64,000 bases of DNA from Octopus vulgaris (GCA_951406725.2 OX597818.1:32178001-32242000), one strand, 5' to 3'. Positions 24,399-37,618 are shown, counted from the first letter of the stretch. Program-made: numbers and translations. Notes: generated from the letters alone by a model not told the origin.

Positions 24399-24886
24399 TA
24401 TTATTATTATTATTGGGTGGAAGGGCTGCGCATGCCATCAAAGTGACACTAGGGTACAATTATACGAGGCCCATATTATTATTATCATGATAATTGTTGT
24501 TGTTCCGCTCGCCGTTGTACATTGTGTATGTCAGTAAGCTCCGGTAATTTATGTATATATCATGTGATATCTTCAGGCATGAATATTGGTTCTGACGAAG
24601 CTGTACTATATCGCATAGATACTCAACTCTCTGCGCATAATTACATATAGGCGAACCGTCTGTAAGCTAATGAAGGTGATTACGTGACTGCTTATTTCCT
24701 TGTCATTAAAAATTAATTACTATATATTAGTACGAGCAAAACGCCCCCCGTCCAACGAGTTGTCAAACATTTAAACCAAATTTTCTCGAAACTACTTGTC
24801 CGACCGTCCCATAGGCCTCACCTTTGAGAAACACTGATTTAACCTAAATTTGAGACACCAGCAAAAGACAGATTTCGACTGATGTA

Positions 24887-25089
24887 CTAGCGCGCACAAA
24901 TGCACGTTGCCACGGCTTTATCGATCGCATTCTCACATGGAATCGATTATAGTAATTTTTTCAAGACTTATACACGCCCTGATACCGTCGGTATCTACAT
25001 ATCAAATTTGAGCTCAATCGGATGGAGGATACCCGAGACCCTAAAAGACACACACACACACACAGACAGAACGGATTTTATATAATAGA
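24887..25089 (-). mobile_element. Short non-autonomous Helitron
   Basis: The minus strand begins A|TCTATTATATAAAAT and ends CTAG|T. The subterminal hairpin is degenerate. Confidence 0.6.
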
Positions 25090-25553
25090 TGAGCGCGCGC
25101 ATGTGTATGTATGTGTTAGTGTGTGTGTTAGCGTGTGTGTGTGTAGTATTGTTTAGCCAAGGAGGGAAAGGCAACGCGTATGGCCGTATATTTTATGCAT
25201 CCCCTTCAATATTGTCGGGAGGAACGGAGTAAATTATCCTGAAACAGAAGGCACGAATATTTGCAACAAAGTGAATTCCCTTAAAGGTACGCAGGGAGAA
25301 CCAGGTACTGGTGTTGAACGAAGCGACACTTGAAAAATGCCACCCAGGAACTCGGAAGGTGATGAATTGGAAGAAGATAGAACAAACACTGCAGATAAAT
25401 AATATCGTTCGACGCTCTAACAATTATGCCAGTCCACTGGTTTTATTGATCTCAATGCGTAAACGGGGAAGTTCATCTCAGCAAGATTTGAACTCAGAAC
25501 AGCAGAACAAATAATACACGGCTTACTCATTGACCACTCTGCCATACCATTTC

Positions 25554-25603
<50 letters not shown>

Positions 25604-25945
25604 CTGTCTGTCTGTCTGTCTGTCTGTCCGTAGTACAAACACATAATGAGAGCGTGTCCGTTCGTATGTGCAAAGGTGTGCATGCACGTGTGTATTCGTG
25701 TTTGTTTGAATGTACTTATGCTTAACTATATCGATTGATAAAATAAGTACCAGTCTATAACAATTACTTCTGCTGTTATGATCGATTAGGAAACCATTAA
25801 AGTGATACCCTAGTATAACCAAATTCGTGTCACTGAAATCACTAAATATATATTTGCTTGTTTCAGTTCCTGAATCCAGAGAAAGGGCGACAGAGAGAAA
25901 TATAAAAAAGTGGCGGGGGAGAGGAGGAGGAGGAGAGAGAGAGAA

Positions 25946-25987
<42 letters not shown>

Positions 25988-26151
25988 CCTAGAGAAATAA
26001 ATTTTTGAAGGAAAGATGAACATTATAGTGAAAGAATGATGAATGTGGAATGATCTAAGAATATTGTTGAGGATGAGAAATTGAGTATGGTTATACTTTC
26101 TAAAGTTTAGCGTGAGAAAAAGAGCTTAATATAAGAGAAGGAAGGAGATAA

Positions 26152-26187
<36 letters not shown>

Positions 26188-26723
26188 AGGGAGGGAGGGA
26201 GAGAGAAATTGAGTGAAAGAGAAATTGTGTGTGTGTGTGAAGTTATCGTCTGCTACTGAAGTCATCGCTTTCAATGTGGGAGTGGGAAAGTTGCAGTGTG
26301 AGGGTGTATGTATATGTGTGTGTATGCATGTGAGTGAGCGAGTGTGTGTGTGTATATGTGTGAGTGAATGAGTGAGTGAGAGAAGCAGAGGAGCGTATGT
26401 GTCTGTGTGTTAAGTTGCTTGTGTGACAGATTGTGTGTGCGCATGCAAGCGTGAGTGAGACGGAGAGTAGAGAGTGTATATGACGCTGTGTTGAATAGTG
26501 TGGGTAAGAGATAGTGAGTGAGTGTGTGCGAATGTTGTCGTCTGCTGCTTCACTCGTTTGTTTAAATGAGTACAGTGACTGTGTGCGTGCGAGCATGTGT
26601 GTGTGTGAGAGAGAGAGAGAGAGGCAAATAGAGGGAGAGGAAAGAAAAGAAGAACCTGATGAGGGTTGAGTAAAGTTCTACCTTCTCTCAAAAAGCAACA
26701 TATAAGAGTGAAAGAGTAGTAAG

Positions 26724-27010
26724 CCTAGTACTTATTTTATCGATCTTATTTGCCGAACCGCTAAGTTACGGGGACACACCAGCATCGGTTGTCAAGAGAT
26801 GTTGGGGGTACAAACACAGACACACAAACTTACACACACACACTCATATATATACATATATACAACGGGCTTCTTTCAGTTTCCGTCTACCAAATCCACT
26901 CACAAGGCTTTGGTTGGCCCGAGGCTATAGTAGAAGACACTTGCCCAAGGTAGCAGTGGGACTGAACTCGGAACCATGTAGTTAGTAAGCAAGCTACTCA
27001 CCACACAGCC
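26724..27010 (-). mobile_element. SINE family B
   Basis: gccgaaccgctaagttacggggac...ttccgtctaccaaatccactcacaaggc...ccacacagcc. Confidence 0.85.
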
Positions 27011-27304
27011 AATGTTTAACCACAGGTCAGTCCTGAATGAGTAAATAACGTGTGATCAAAATCGTTTCAATCATGACCGTCCCATAGTCTTATTGCTAAA
27101 CACTACTTATATTGACTGGTCAATTAACCTTGTGATTTCAGCAACTTTGGCTGCTATTTCTAGAATGTTGCGTGACCACTTAGGAGTTTATTCCGCGATA
27201 TTACAATTTAACCACACATCCGCGCTGAATGAACAAACTTATGAAAAACAATCCATCCGTGACCAGCCACATTTTTATTCTATTTTTCTCATTTCCTATA
27301 GATG

Positions 27305-27575
27305 CAGGCGTGGCTATATATGAAATTTGCTTCCCAACCACGTGTTTCCGAGTTCAATCTTACTGCTCGACACTTTGGGCAAGTGTGTGTGTGTGTGTGT
27401 GTGTTTGGCCTCCTACCGCCGTTTGACAACTGGTGTTGCTTTGTTTACACCCCTGCAAAGAGGTACCTGGCTTTTAATTTTTTTTTAAGTACTGGAGTCG
27501 ATTTACTTGACCAAAACACTTCATGGTGTTGTATCCACATGGCCGCAGTCTAATGACTGAAATAAGCAAAATGTA
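27305..27575 (+). mobile_element. SINE family B, diverged and internally deleted
   Basis: Head caggcgtggct.., ttgggcaagtgt, tail catggccgcagtctaatgactgaaa. Confidence 0.7.
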
Positions 27576-27819
27576 AGATTTGCTCTAAACTCCGCACCAC
27601 GTTACCCAATGTGCATCATTATTTAAAAAATGAGCCCTGGTAATGCATGATTTGAAGGACATTTTATTGCTGTTTCTAGCCCATTATATGACCATGTACA
27701 AGCTTCCTTCCTTGATCAGATATAAGTATTATATGCGTGAGTGAAGTTCTCTACTGCTACTTAAGTCATCGAGTTTTTTTAATCATGGAAATTAAGTTTG
27801 CTGTGTGAGTGAAGGAGGG

Positions 27820-27844
27820 CAGAGATAGATAGATAGAGAGATAT

Positions 27845-27905
<61 letters not shown>

Positions 27906-27923
27906 TAGATAGATAGATAGATT

Positions 27924-27954
<31 letters not shown>

Positions 27955-28870
27955 ATACGTGTGGGAGAAAGAGAGAAACAAGGGGAAAGGAGAGGAGGAG
28001 AAAATGTGTGTTGGGGAAAGAGAGAAAAAAGTAGAGGGTGTGTGTGTGTGTGTCAATGTATTGGAGAAAGAAAAGAAAAAGGAAACTTGTAGAGTGTGGG
28101 GGGAGAGTGAATGCGAAGGTGGGTGTGTCGTAGAAGGGAAAAGAGAATACAAGGAGAGACGGAGGGCTGAGAGTGAACATTTTAGAGAAAGGGGAAAAAA
28201 AGGAGAGAGTGAATGTGTAAGGGGAAAGAAAGGGAGAAAGGGAAAAAGAAAAGAAAAGGAAAGGGAGAGGAGAGAGTGGACGTGTTGAGGGGAAAAAGGA
28301 GAGAGGGGAGAGTGAACGCGTTGGGGATAGAAAAGGAAAGGGAAATGAAAAAGAAGGAACTGGGAGAGTGAAAATGGAGAAAGAGAAAAGGAATGGAAAA
28401 GGAGAGAGAGTTGGGAGAGTGAAAATGGAGAAAGAAAGGGAAAAGAAACAGAAAAGAGAGGGAATAATGAACGTGTTGCAGAAAGAAAGGAAAATAGAAA
28501 AGAAAACAAATAGAGAGAAGAGAGAATGAACGTAGTGGAGAAAGAAAAAGGAAAAGAAATCAAGGAGAGAGTGGGGAGAGTAAGCGTGATGGAGAAAGAG
28601 AGGGAAAGACAAACTGCTGTAAAGGACGTTGTGTGCGAGTAAAATGTATCGTTTGCTGCTATGAAATCATTTTAACAGGGACGGGGAAGAGAGGAAGAAG
28701 GGAAAGAGTGAGGGAGAGGGAGACAGGGAAGAGGCGAAGGCGGAGAAGGCAAGGGGAAGGAGAGAAAGCGGGAAGAGGACGGAAGTGTGGAAGAAGGAAG
28801 AAGAGTGAAACAAAGGGAGAGGGTAAGAGAGAGACAGACAGATAGATAGACAGGGACAGAGAGAGAATGT
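27820..28870 (+). repeat. Polypurine (GA-rich) low-complexity tract
   Basis: (GA)n and (GATA)n, plus degenerate ggagagtgaa units over ~1 kb. Confidence 0.85.
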
Positions 28871-29203
28871 GTGTGCGCGTGTGTGTAGTAATACACTGCT
28901 GTTAAATTCGTGTTTCCGATCGTCGAAACTTAAGTTTACGATACAACGAAAAGAGTCACGATGCGATCGTTGAATAAGCTAGAAATAACAGCTAAATTTT
29001 CATCCTATCTACCGCCCTTCATAAATAAGGAAAGTATATACTAGATAATTTAGTCGTAGATGTGCCAAAAAAGGTAGTATGACATTGATGAAATCCTACT
29101 GTTGGTCGTAGGTTTGTTTGATCAGAATTGACATACTTAATTAATAACAAGTCTACCAAGTTTAACTGGTGTTTATGAATCTATCTATCTATCTTTCTAT
29201 TCA

Positions 29204-29270
<67 letters not shown>

Positions 29271-29275
29271 CTCCA

Positions 29276-29308
<33 letters not shown>

Positions 29309-29328
29309 AGCTATATATCTATCTATCT

Positions 29329-29365
<37 letters not shown>

Positions 29366-29644
29366 CTATCTATCTATCGCCAGCTACCGATTTATGTACC
29401 TGAAGGTATGTTTGTATGTGTACATTTGTCTATATTATGCATATGTGTGCTTGTGTGTGTGAGTGTGTATATATGTATGAGTGTGCATGCGTATATGTGT
29501 ATACATGTACGTGTAAATGCGTACATACGCGCGTTTGTGTATCTGTGTATACATATCTGTGTATATAAATACATATATGATTACGTATATGCATATATTC
29601 ATAATTACATTTATATACACACGCACGCATTCATACACGCGTTT

Positions 29645-29915
29645 GTTGTGGTGGACGCCGCAGGGTGACAAACAAGCAACGGAACTCGAGGCAATCCAAA
29701 GCCACTACACGGAAAACATTGCTTCGGTGCAGCAGATATACTGCTGGGAGGGGCGGAGAGACCAGAGGCTGTATTCTCTAGAGGAAGAACACGAAATATA
29801 TGCAGGGGTATACGCAGGGGAAATCTTGGAATTTCTAGAATCCAACTTTGGGAATGAAATCTTAACTAACTATCGAACTGGACCCGGTTGCATGGTACCC
29901 AACATCTTGCCTTCT
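29645..29915 (+). pseudogene. CR1-group LINE ORF2 fragment (same family as 32513-33915)
   Basis: LWWTPQGDKQATELEAIQSHYTENIAS..RLYSLEE..ILEFLESNFG..RTGPGCMVP aligns by eye with the 33.8-kb and 32.9-kb peptides. Confidence 0.75.
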
Positions 29916-29958
29916 CCACGAAGAGCAGTGGTCCTTAATAATTAAAAAAAAAAAAAAC

Positions 29959-30325
29959 AGGCGTAGGAGTGGCTATGTGGTAAGTAGCTTGCTTGCGAAC
30001 CACATGGTTCCGGGTTCAGTCCCACTGCGTGGCACCTTAGGCAGGTGTGTCTTCTACTATAGCCCCGGGCGGACCAAAGCCTTGTGAGTGGATTTGGTAG
30101 ACGGAAACTGAAAGAAGCCCGTCGTATATAAGTATGTATGTGTGTCTGTGTTTGTTCCCCCCAACAATGCTAGTGTGTTTACTTCCCTGTAATTTAGCGG
30201 TTCGGCAAAAGAAACCGATAGAATAAGTATAGGCTTACAAAGAATAAGTCCTTGGGTCGATTTGCTCGACTAACGGCGGTGCTCCAGCATGGCCACAGTC
30301 AAATGAATGAAACAAGTAAAAGAGT
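29959..30325 (+). mobile_element. SINE family B, full length
   Basis: A-box TGGCTATGTGG, B-box-like GGTTCAGTCCC, tail ggcggtgctccagcatggccacagtcaaatgaatgaaacaagtaaaagag. Confidence 0.92.
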
Positions 30326-30690
30326 ATACCACTTTCATTACTTTTTATTCTGGTGGATCCCCATAGCCATTCGATGTTTAAAAACTAGTTTTTGGGGGAT
30401 AATTCTTTCAAAATTCCTGTTTTGTTTTGCCCACGTTCTCTTGCATGTGATGACCCTCACTGAAAAAGCAGGTTTCCGTGAATGGAAACATGTCCAGCTT
30501 AGAGACAAAAACCTAGCTGTTTCTTGCAATAAATACATCTAAAAGTAAAATTTATTCTTTTAAAATACTACTGCGGATTCCCAGTTTACCTCTTTACTTG
30601 TAAGGATTACCAAAAAACCTCATCGAACCTCCAGGAGTCGTATGGGCCCCGGTTGAGAACCACTGATCTAGAGTATTGACTCCGATGGAA

Positions 30691-30950
30691 ATGCAACGGG
30701 TTTCAAGTACTGGAAATGCAAAGCGATCAAGGGTCCACAACTTTTCAATACCTTTCCCAAAATATTCGTTTGTACGAAGAGTACAAATGTTCAAAGCGTA
30801 TTAATATTCAAAGAACATGCAGACGGGTTCAAGTACTGGAAATGCAAAGCGCTCAAAGGTCCACGACTTTTCAATACCTTTCCCACAAAATTCGGTTGCA
30901 CGAAGAGTTCAGATGTTCAAAGCGTATTAATGTTCAAAGAACATGCAGAC
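30691..30950 (+). repeat. 126-bp tandem duplication
   Basis: Units start at 30691 and 30817 (ttcaagtactggaaatgcaaagcg...ttcaaagaac). Confidence 0.85.
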
Positions 30951-31149
30951 ATATGATTCACAAGATGAATCCACATTGGGGTAAGAAACGTAAAGAAGGG
31001 TCTTACATTACCAGGAGTGATTCCAGAAAGATGACCTGGAAATGTGTTTGAAATAAACAAACATAAAAGCAATAATGTTGGTGCTCCAGCTTGGCCGCAG
31101 ACTCTGGTTGAAACTAATAATACAGTTATTGTAAATGATATGACATACA

Positions 31150-31535
31150 TTCTTTTATTCTTTTATTTGTTTCATCATTTGACCACGTTCATGCTGGAGC
31201 ACAATCTTAAAGGGTTTTTAGTCGAAGAAATCGACCCCTGGACTTATTCTTTGTAAGCCTAGAACTTATTCTATCAGCCTCTTTTTCCGAACCGTTAAGT
31301 TACGGGGACATGAACACACCAACCGGTTGTCAAGCGATGACGGGTGGCCAAACATAGACACACACGCACATAAATATATTCGACGGGCTTCCTTCAGTTT
31401 CCGGTTACTAAATCCACTCACAAGGTTTTTGTTGACCCGATGCTAGAGTAGAAGATACTTCCTCACTTCAGTGGAACTGAACCCGGAACCATGTGGTTGG
31501 GAAGCAATCAATCTTCTTGCCACAGAGCCAAGCCT
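31150..31535 (-). mobile_element. SINE family B
   Basis: Reverse complement of the family B consensus. Confidence 0.85.
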
Positions 31536-31816
31536 ACGCCTACATATTTGCATAAATACGTACATACACACAGATACGTTTTTGAATGTATATATATATG
31601 TGTGTGGGATCAACAAAAAAAGTATTCCATCCAGTGAGGATAAATATCATTTAATGTCCTCAGTATTTAAAGTAAGGACTACTCATAGTTTCTTGACATA
31701 AAGACATGTGGTTAAGCAGATTTCTGTAACGTTCCTAATGTCAGTGTCTCTATAGCAAGAAACTACAAGTAGTTCTTACTTTAAATAATGTGTACACTAA
31801 ATGACATACACACATA

Positions 31817-32409
31817 TTTTAAGTATATAATTATAAAAATATAATTATAATTAAGGGCTCTGGAATACCAGCGCTCATACGCTAGTAGTAGATGTCAGAT
31901 ACCTACAATCTACTCTAAATTTGTTCTCTGTTTATAACCCCGGGTAGAGTGCGAGGTAATGAGTAAGAAAATTTACAAAATTTCGGATAATTCCATGTCT
32001 TAAGATTTCATGCTCTGTAATAAAGATTACTTTGCAATCCTTAGTAGAAATACACCGACAAATATATAAGCGAAAAGTACATATACATACCGATAAATCT
32101 ATTCGTACAGATACCAATTTATACATGCGTTTCCGCGAATACATTCTATCTACTAGCCCATCTCAACCATGTGGTTAATGTCAGAAATCATACTAGGTAA
32201 ATACAGTACTGAGAGCATAATATAATGACTAGAAAACTCAAAAGTTATTTATACTTATAAATTGATATAATTAATACAATGATTATATCAGTGGCTAGCG
32301 TATAAAAATGACGATATCGGTAAAATTAATTTTTAAGTATATAATTATAAAATATAATTATAATTAAAGGCTCTGGAATGCCAGCGCCTATACGCTAGAA
32401 GTAGATGTC

Positions 32410-32414
<5 letters not shown>
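31817..32414. repeat. ~85-bp direct repeats 514 bp apart (LTR-like or partial tandem)
   Basis: ttttaagtatataattataaaa..gggctctggaat.ccagcg..atacgctag.agtagatgtc.gata at 31817-31901 and 32331-32414. Confidence 0.8.
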
Positions 32415-32458
<44 letters not shown>

Positions 32459-32512
32459 GAACACACACATACTTGCACGCTCACAGGCATATGTGTGTGT
32501 GTGTATATATAT

Positions 32513-32931
32513 ATTCTTTTATTCTTTTATATGTTTCAGTCCAATGACTGTGGTCATGCTGGAGCACCGCCATTGTAAACATCTTTCCACTTTCCACCTT
32601 TGTCGGAGCAGCTTTTGGTGAAGGATGGAATTCGATGCTACTGCCCTCTTTTGAGCTTCTTGCTTAGATATCGGCTCATCCGGGATCTCGGCGAGCCAGA
32701 GGTCAAATTCAAGTTTGAAAACGTCTACATCCACTCCATGGAGGCTCCTCAGATGCTTCGGCAGACAGTTAAACAACTGTGAGCCCTTGAAACCCAAGCT
32801 ATTGCAGTACATCGTCCTTGCCCGAGATGAAGCAGTCGGCACAGTGGGGACAGCACAGTAACAACCTGTTCGTGGTCTGGTATAGCTCTTTATTCCAAAG
32901 TTTGGTACCAGTCCTTCCAGTATCTTACATA
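32513..32931 (-). mobile_element. CR1-group LINE 3' end (ORF2 C-terminus + tail shared with SINE B)
   Basis: KILEGLVPNFGI..PRTG..NSLGFKGSQLFNCLPKHLR..FKLEFDLWLAEIPDEP..AVASNS, followed by ggcggtgctccagcatgaccacagtcattggactgaaac..(aaaagaat)n. Confidence 0.85.
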
Positions 32932-33377
32932 TAAGTTAATTTAAGCTAAGTTAATTTTTTGGCTCAAAAAGCATAAAGCAAGGCCATGTAGGGGGACATG
33001 GAGTTATGTACAGGGTGGTGTTCACGCAAAGAGTTCAGGCCATTTCTGGTCAAGAGAGACTTTGAACCGAGAGGTCGTCGGCATCTTCACTATCTCGTCC
33101 GGCAGCTTATTCCACGGATCCGCAACCCGGACGGAGAAAGCCCCTCTCCTTCGATTGAGATGAAATCGTCGCAGATAGAGCTTTTCGGAGTGACCCCGCA
33201 GTCGACGCACTGGAGCAGGAGTGAAGAACAGCTCTTTCGAGAGGTTACACTTTCCGCTTATGATGTCGTGAGCAAGAATGAGATCACCACGGTGTCGTCA
33301 TTTTTCTAGAGAATAAAGGTCGAGCGTCTTCAGCCTTTCTTCATAAGACAAATGCTTGAGACCAAGAACCATGCGGG
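32932..33377 (-). mobile_element. Second CR1-type LINE 3' fragment nested in the first
   Basis: LKHLSYEERLKTLDLYSLEK..RGDLI..LRGHSEKL..RRGAFSVRVADPWNKLPDEIV..FKVSLD, the classic CR1 C-terminus. Confidence 0.88.
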
Positions 33378-33379
33378 TA

Positions 33380-33668
33380 CGAGGGGCGTTCAATAAGTAA
33401 TGCCCCTGACTCACTTCCCATAGCAGTAGAGCAACGACACTTGGCACAGTTATTAGTCTTTTCTTACATAGGAACTACACATAGTTATGCATTTCTCCCA
33501 TCGTTTGATACAGCTCTGGAGACCGTTTTTGTAGAAGACCCCAGCTTGGTCCTCCAACCACGACGTGACTTCAGAAATCAAGGCTGCATCATCTGGGAAA
33601 CGCTTTCCTTTCGAAATCAACTTCATGGCTGGAAAGAGGTGAAAATCAGAGGGTGCAAGGTGGGGAGT
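33380..33668 (-). mobile_element. Mariner 3' fragment with one TIR
   Basis: TA|CGAGGGGCGTTCAATAAGTAA end. The minus strand reads SPHLAPSDFHLFPAMK..GKRF..FYKNGL..RWEKCI. Confidence 0.85.
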
Positions 33669-33699
33669 TCATAGCTGCACGCCTGTGCTTCTGATCTGC

Positions 33700-33915
33700 A
33701 TACCTATCCCGCCTTCGTTCCTGGGAATAGAATCGCAGCTCTTTCAACCTGTCCCAGTAGCTCTAATCGTTCCATTGATGTAATATTCTTTGTGTAATGT
33801 CGTTGGACTGCTTCAAGCTCTGCTATCCTCCTTGTAGAATAAGGTATAAGGTGACCATAGCTGAGAGCAGTAGTCCAGTCGGCTGATGCACATACCATTA
33901 ATAACTATAGACGTA
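33700..33915 (-). pseudogene. Upstream part of the CR1-group LINE interrupted at 32931
   Basis: SRLDYCSQLWSP..IAELEAVQRHYTKNITSM..YWDRLKELRFYSQERRRDRYA, which is collinear with ICKILEG at 32931. Confidence 0.85.
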
Positions 33916-34240
33916 GGCATATGTCTGAATACACATTTGTCCGTGTATGTATATGTATATATGAGTACATATATATTTGTATGTGTGTGTGTGTGTGTGT
34001 GTGTACACATATGTCAGAATGAGGAGGTCAACACACTTTCCGCATCTCGGTATTCTTTCTGAAACAAATTTAAAATTTTCAATTTTTAATCCGCCTGTAG
34101 AAAACGGTTACTTTTTCATGATGTAATCGGATTATGCATCAATAAAAAAAAAGTGTCTGAAACAGCTGTAATAAACCTTAACCTCTCTGTATTCTTTCCT
34201 TTTGTAAATACATATGTGTACACACACACACACACATATA

Positions 34241-34295
<55 letters not shown>

Positions 34296-34504
34296 GCATA
34301 CATATGTATGTATATGTGCTTGTGTGTATGAGTGTTTGTGTGTGTGCCGTTTATTGTTTACTTGTTTCAGTCATTGGACTGCAGCCAAGTACTTGTTTTT
34401 TAAGCCGCTTACATATTCTATCGTCTCTTTAGCCGAACCGTTAGGAATGCGTGAAGGTAACCATGTCAACACTGGTTCTCAAGCGGTGAAGGAGCATACA
34501 CACA

Positions 34505-34575
<71 letters not shown>

Positions 34576-34614
34576 AATTCAAAAAAAGAAGAACAAACAC
34601 AAAAAGACAACAAC

Positions 34615-34752
34615 GCAGTATTAGCAGACGCTTAGGGAGGGAAAGAAAGATGCTTTTAACGTTTCGAGCAACGCTCTTCTTCAGAAGCAGAGGAAAGTCC
34701 AATAGAAAGGAAAACGGATGAAGAAAATCGCCAACGATTCACATGTAGTTAC
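34615..34752 (-). mobile_element. Solo Penelope-type terminal repeat with a hammerhead motif
   Basis: Homologous to 5340-5480. The reverse strand reads tgcttCTGAAGAagagcgttgctcGAAAcgTTAaaagca. Confidence 0.65.
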
Positions 34753-34762
34753 AATATATAGA

Positions 34763-36035
34763 TTGGGTTCGGAAGAAAAAAAATTCGGTTTTTTATTGTG
34801 AAATAAAAGTCTTTTTTTTTCATACAATGAAAGAACATTAACTAATTATATATTTTCATTTTATTCGATTACTTTTTCCCATATTTCTGTCAACTTCATG
34901 ATTTCACGCTCATTGAACTTCTGGTCCTTATCAGCCAAAAACTGAAGCAAGTGCGATTTTCAGGTCATTATCATCATTAAAAGTTTCACCATTTAAAGGA
35001 TTTTGCAAATTTAGAAATAAACGGTAAACTGATGGTGCAAGGTCATGGCTATATGGTGGATGTGGCATCACCTCCCAACCAAGCTCCAGTAATTTTTCAG
35101 GAGTTATCAAAGAGGCGTGTGCTCTAGTGTTGTCATAGTGGAATACGATTCCTTTACAATTTAGCCATTCTGACCGTTTTTCTTTGATTGCTTCCTCCAG
35201 TTTCATTAGTTGTTGACAGTAAACATCTGAATTGAGCGTTTGGTTGCTTGGAAGCAGCTCAAAATACACAACACCTTTGTAATCCTACCAAATTGACAGC
35301 GTGGCCTTTTTTTGATGCAGTATAGCTTTCGATGTGTTGTATTGTGCTGGTTCATTACGCTTGGACCAACATCGTTTTCGATTGATATTATTGTAGACAA
35401 TCCATTTTTCATCACCAGTTCGATTTTTATCACGTTTGAAATGCATATCGCAAGTATTGATTCGTTGTTTTAAGTCAATCTCTTTCAATTTATGTGGCAC
35501 CCAAATATCGAGCTTTTTAATGAGTTCAAGACATATTAAATGATTTTCAATGGTTGTGTGTGATACATTTAACCGCTCTGCAATCTCTCGCATAGTTGTA
35601 TGACAAATCAGATTCAATTATAGCTTTGATTCGGTCATCATCAACTTCAGTAGTTCAACCAGAACGTTGGCCATTTTTTAGTGAAAAATCTTCAGAACGG
35701 AATTTTTAAAACCATTTCTGACATGTGCGTTCTATTAAGCAATCAGCACTATAAACTTGACATATCTCTTTGTGAGCCTCAGTAGCTTTCTTGCCTTTAA
35801 GAAAATGAAAAAGCAAAATAGGGCGAAAATGTTCGTTTTTGCACTCTATGTTAAAGTTGACACTGAACTAACAATTGTAAACAAAATTGCGCGCAATTTG
35901 CTTCTAAAGTAAGCTAAAGGTAATGGCTATCAAATGTCAAATGGAAAAAAAAATCATAACATTGACAAAAATCATTAAAAACAATCGTAAGTCTAAATAT
36001 TTGCAAAAACCGAGATTACTTTCTTGCCAACCCAA
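34763..36035 (-). mobile_element. Full-length (~1.27 kb) decayed mariner transposon
   Basis: TIRs ttgggttcggaagaaaa..ttcggttttt / aaaaaccgagattactttcttgccaacccaa. Motifs WVPHKL, TGDEKW, FHYDNTRAH and HPPYSHDLAPS lie across frameshifted ORFs 35285-35617 and 34931-35269. Confidence 0.93.
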
Positions 36036-37089
36036 TATATAAATATCTAGCGAAAGCAGCGGAGTGATTCAAAACCGAGAGTTTTACTTTTCCAGTTTAC
36101 ATCACCTTACATAAATATGTACATACATACACACATATCTATGTATTTATATATATTTGTATAAATATATATACATATATATATATATAGACATACATTT
36201 ATATGAATACATATACTTATATCTATAGACATACACATATTTACATATATATTTATATACATATAAATAAATATATATTCATATATATTTATATGTATAT
36301 ATATAAATATATATATATATATGTATATATAGTGTACTGTTCTGTGGTGGTAAGTGTGTGTGTGTGTGTGTGTGTATAAGTTCGTATACATGTGTGTGTA
36401 AAAGTGTTTATGTATGTACATATTCATGTGTACATGCCTATATTTGTGTGTATGTCCACACACACACGCACGTATGCACACACACGCACGCATGTACACA
36501 CATGTACACACACACACACACACACCTGTATTAAGAGCAGACAACGGGTGTGCGTGTAATTTCTGATAGACTATTCCATCGATTTCCTCATTGCATTCTG
36601 CTTTGTTAAAAGTCGACTTTCAAAAGAAGCAGAAGCCACTTGTTTTTTTTCTCAATTTTCTGTTTTTTTTATTAACCTGAAATGAGAGACAAGCGACGAA
36701 GATTGAGCCAGAGAAAGAAAGAGAGAAAGAAATATAAAAGACAAAAGCTAAAAAAGAATGGCATCAGAGAAATTATTTGCTGTTATTTTTGCCATTTTTT
36801 TTCGATACAGCAGAGAGAGATTGACGATGTGAATCTAATATTTCATATATAATATTTCTTTAACATATATCACCTGCTACATTGTGTTGCAGCCGACGTT
36901 CACGTTAATACACACCACACACACACACAGACTTTTACATGTATATATTCGCAGGTATATACATACATATACGTGTATCGATCTATCCATCCGTCTATCT
37001 GTTTGTCTGTCTATCTGGCTGTCTATCTGTCTGTCTGGCTGGCTGGCTGTCTATCTGTCTGTCTGTCTGTCTCCCCCTCTGTGTCTCAG

Positions 37090-37190
<101 letters not shown>

Positions 37191-37229
37191 TTATTTATCT
37201 GTCTGTCTGTCTGTCTGTCTATCTATTTA

Positions 37230-37290
<61 letters not shown>

Positions 37291-37587
37291 CTGTCCCTCT
37301 CTCTCTCTCTCTTCATATAGGTATATATTTACAAACATCTATACCTACATATTTTTGCATTTCTGTGTAAGCATATAAATGTGTACATATTTATATACAC
37401 ACAAACAGTTTTACACATGTGTACATGTATATATATACTGTAGACATATATGTATGTATTTTATGTGCACGTATATACAGTTACGTCGATATGTGTTCAT
37501 GTACGAACACACACACATGATTATCCACACACTGGAATGGTACACATTTACATACGTGAATATAGTTATGTATATATATGTCCATGT

Positions 37588-37618
<31 letters not shown>

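Noticed and set aside
25200-25445. Possible gypsy pol scrap (..NNIVRRSNNYASPL)
   Set aside because: Only a short, weak motif resemblance; too degenerate to call.
27779-28612. 277-aa hydrophobic ORF resembling a membrane protein
   Set aside because: Antisense reading of a GA-rich low-complexity tract.
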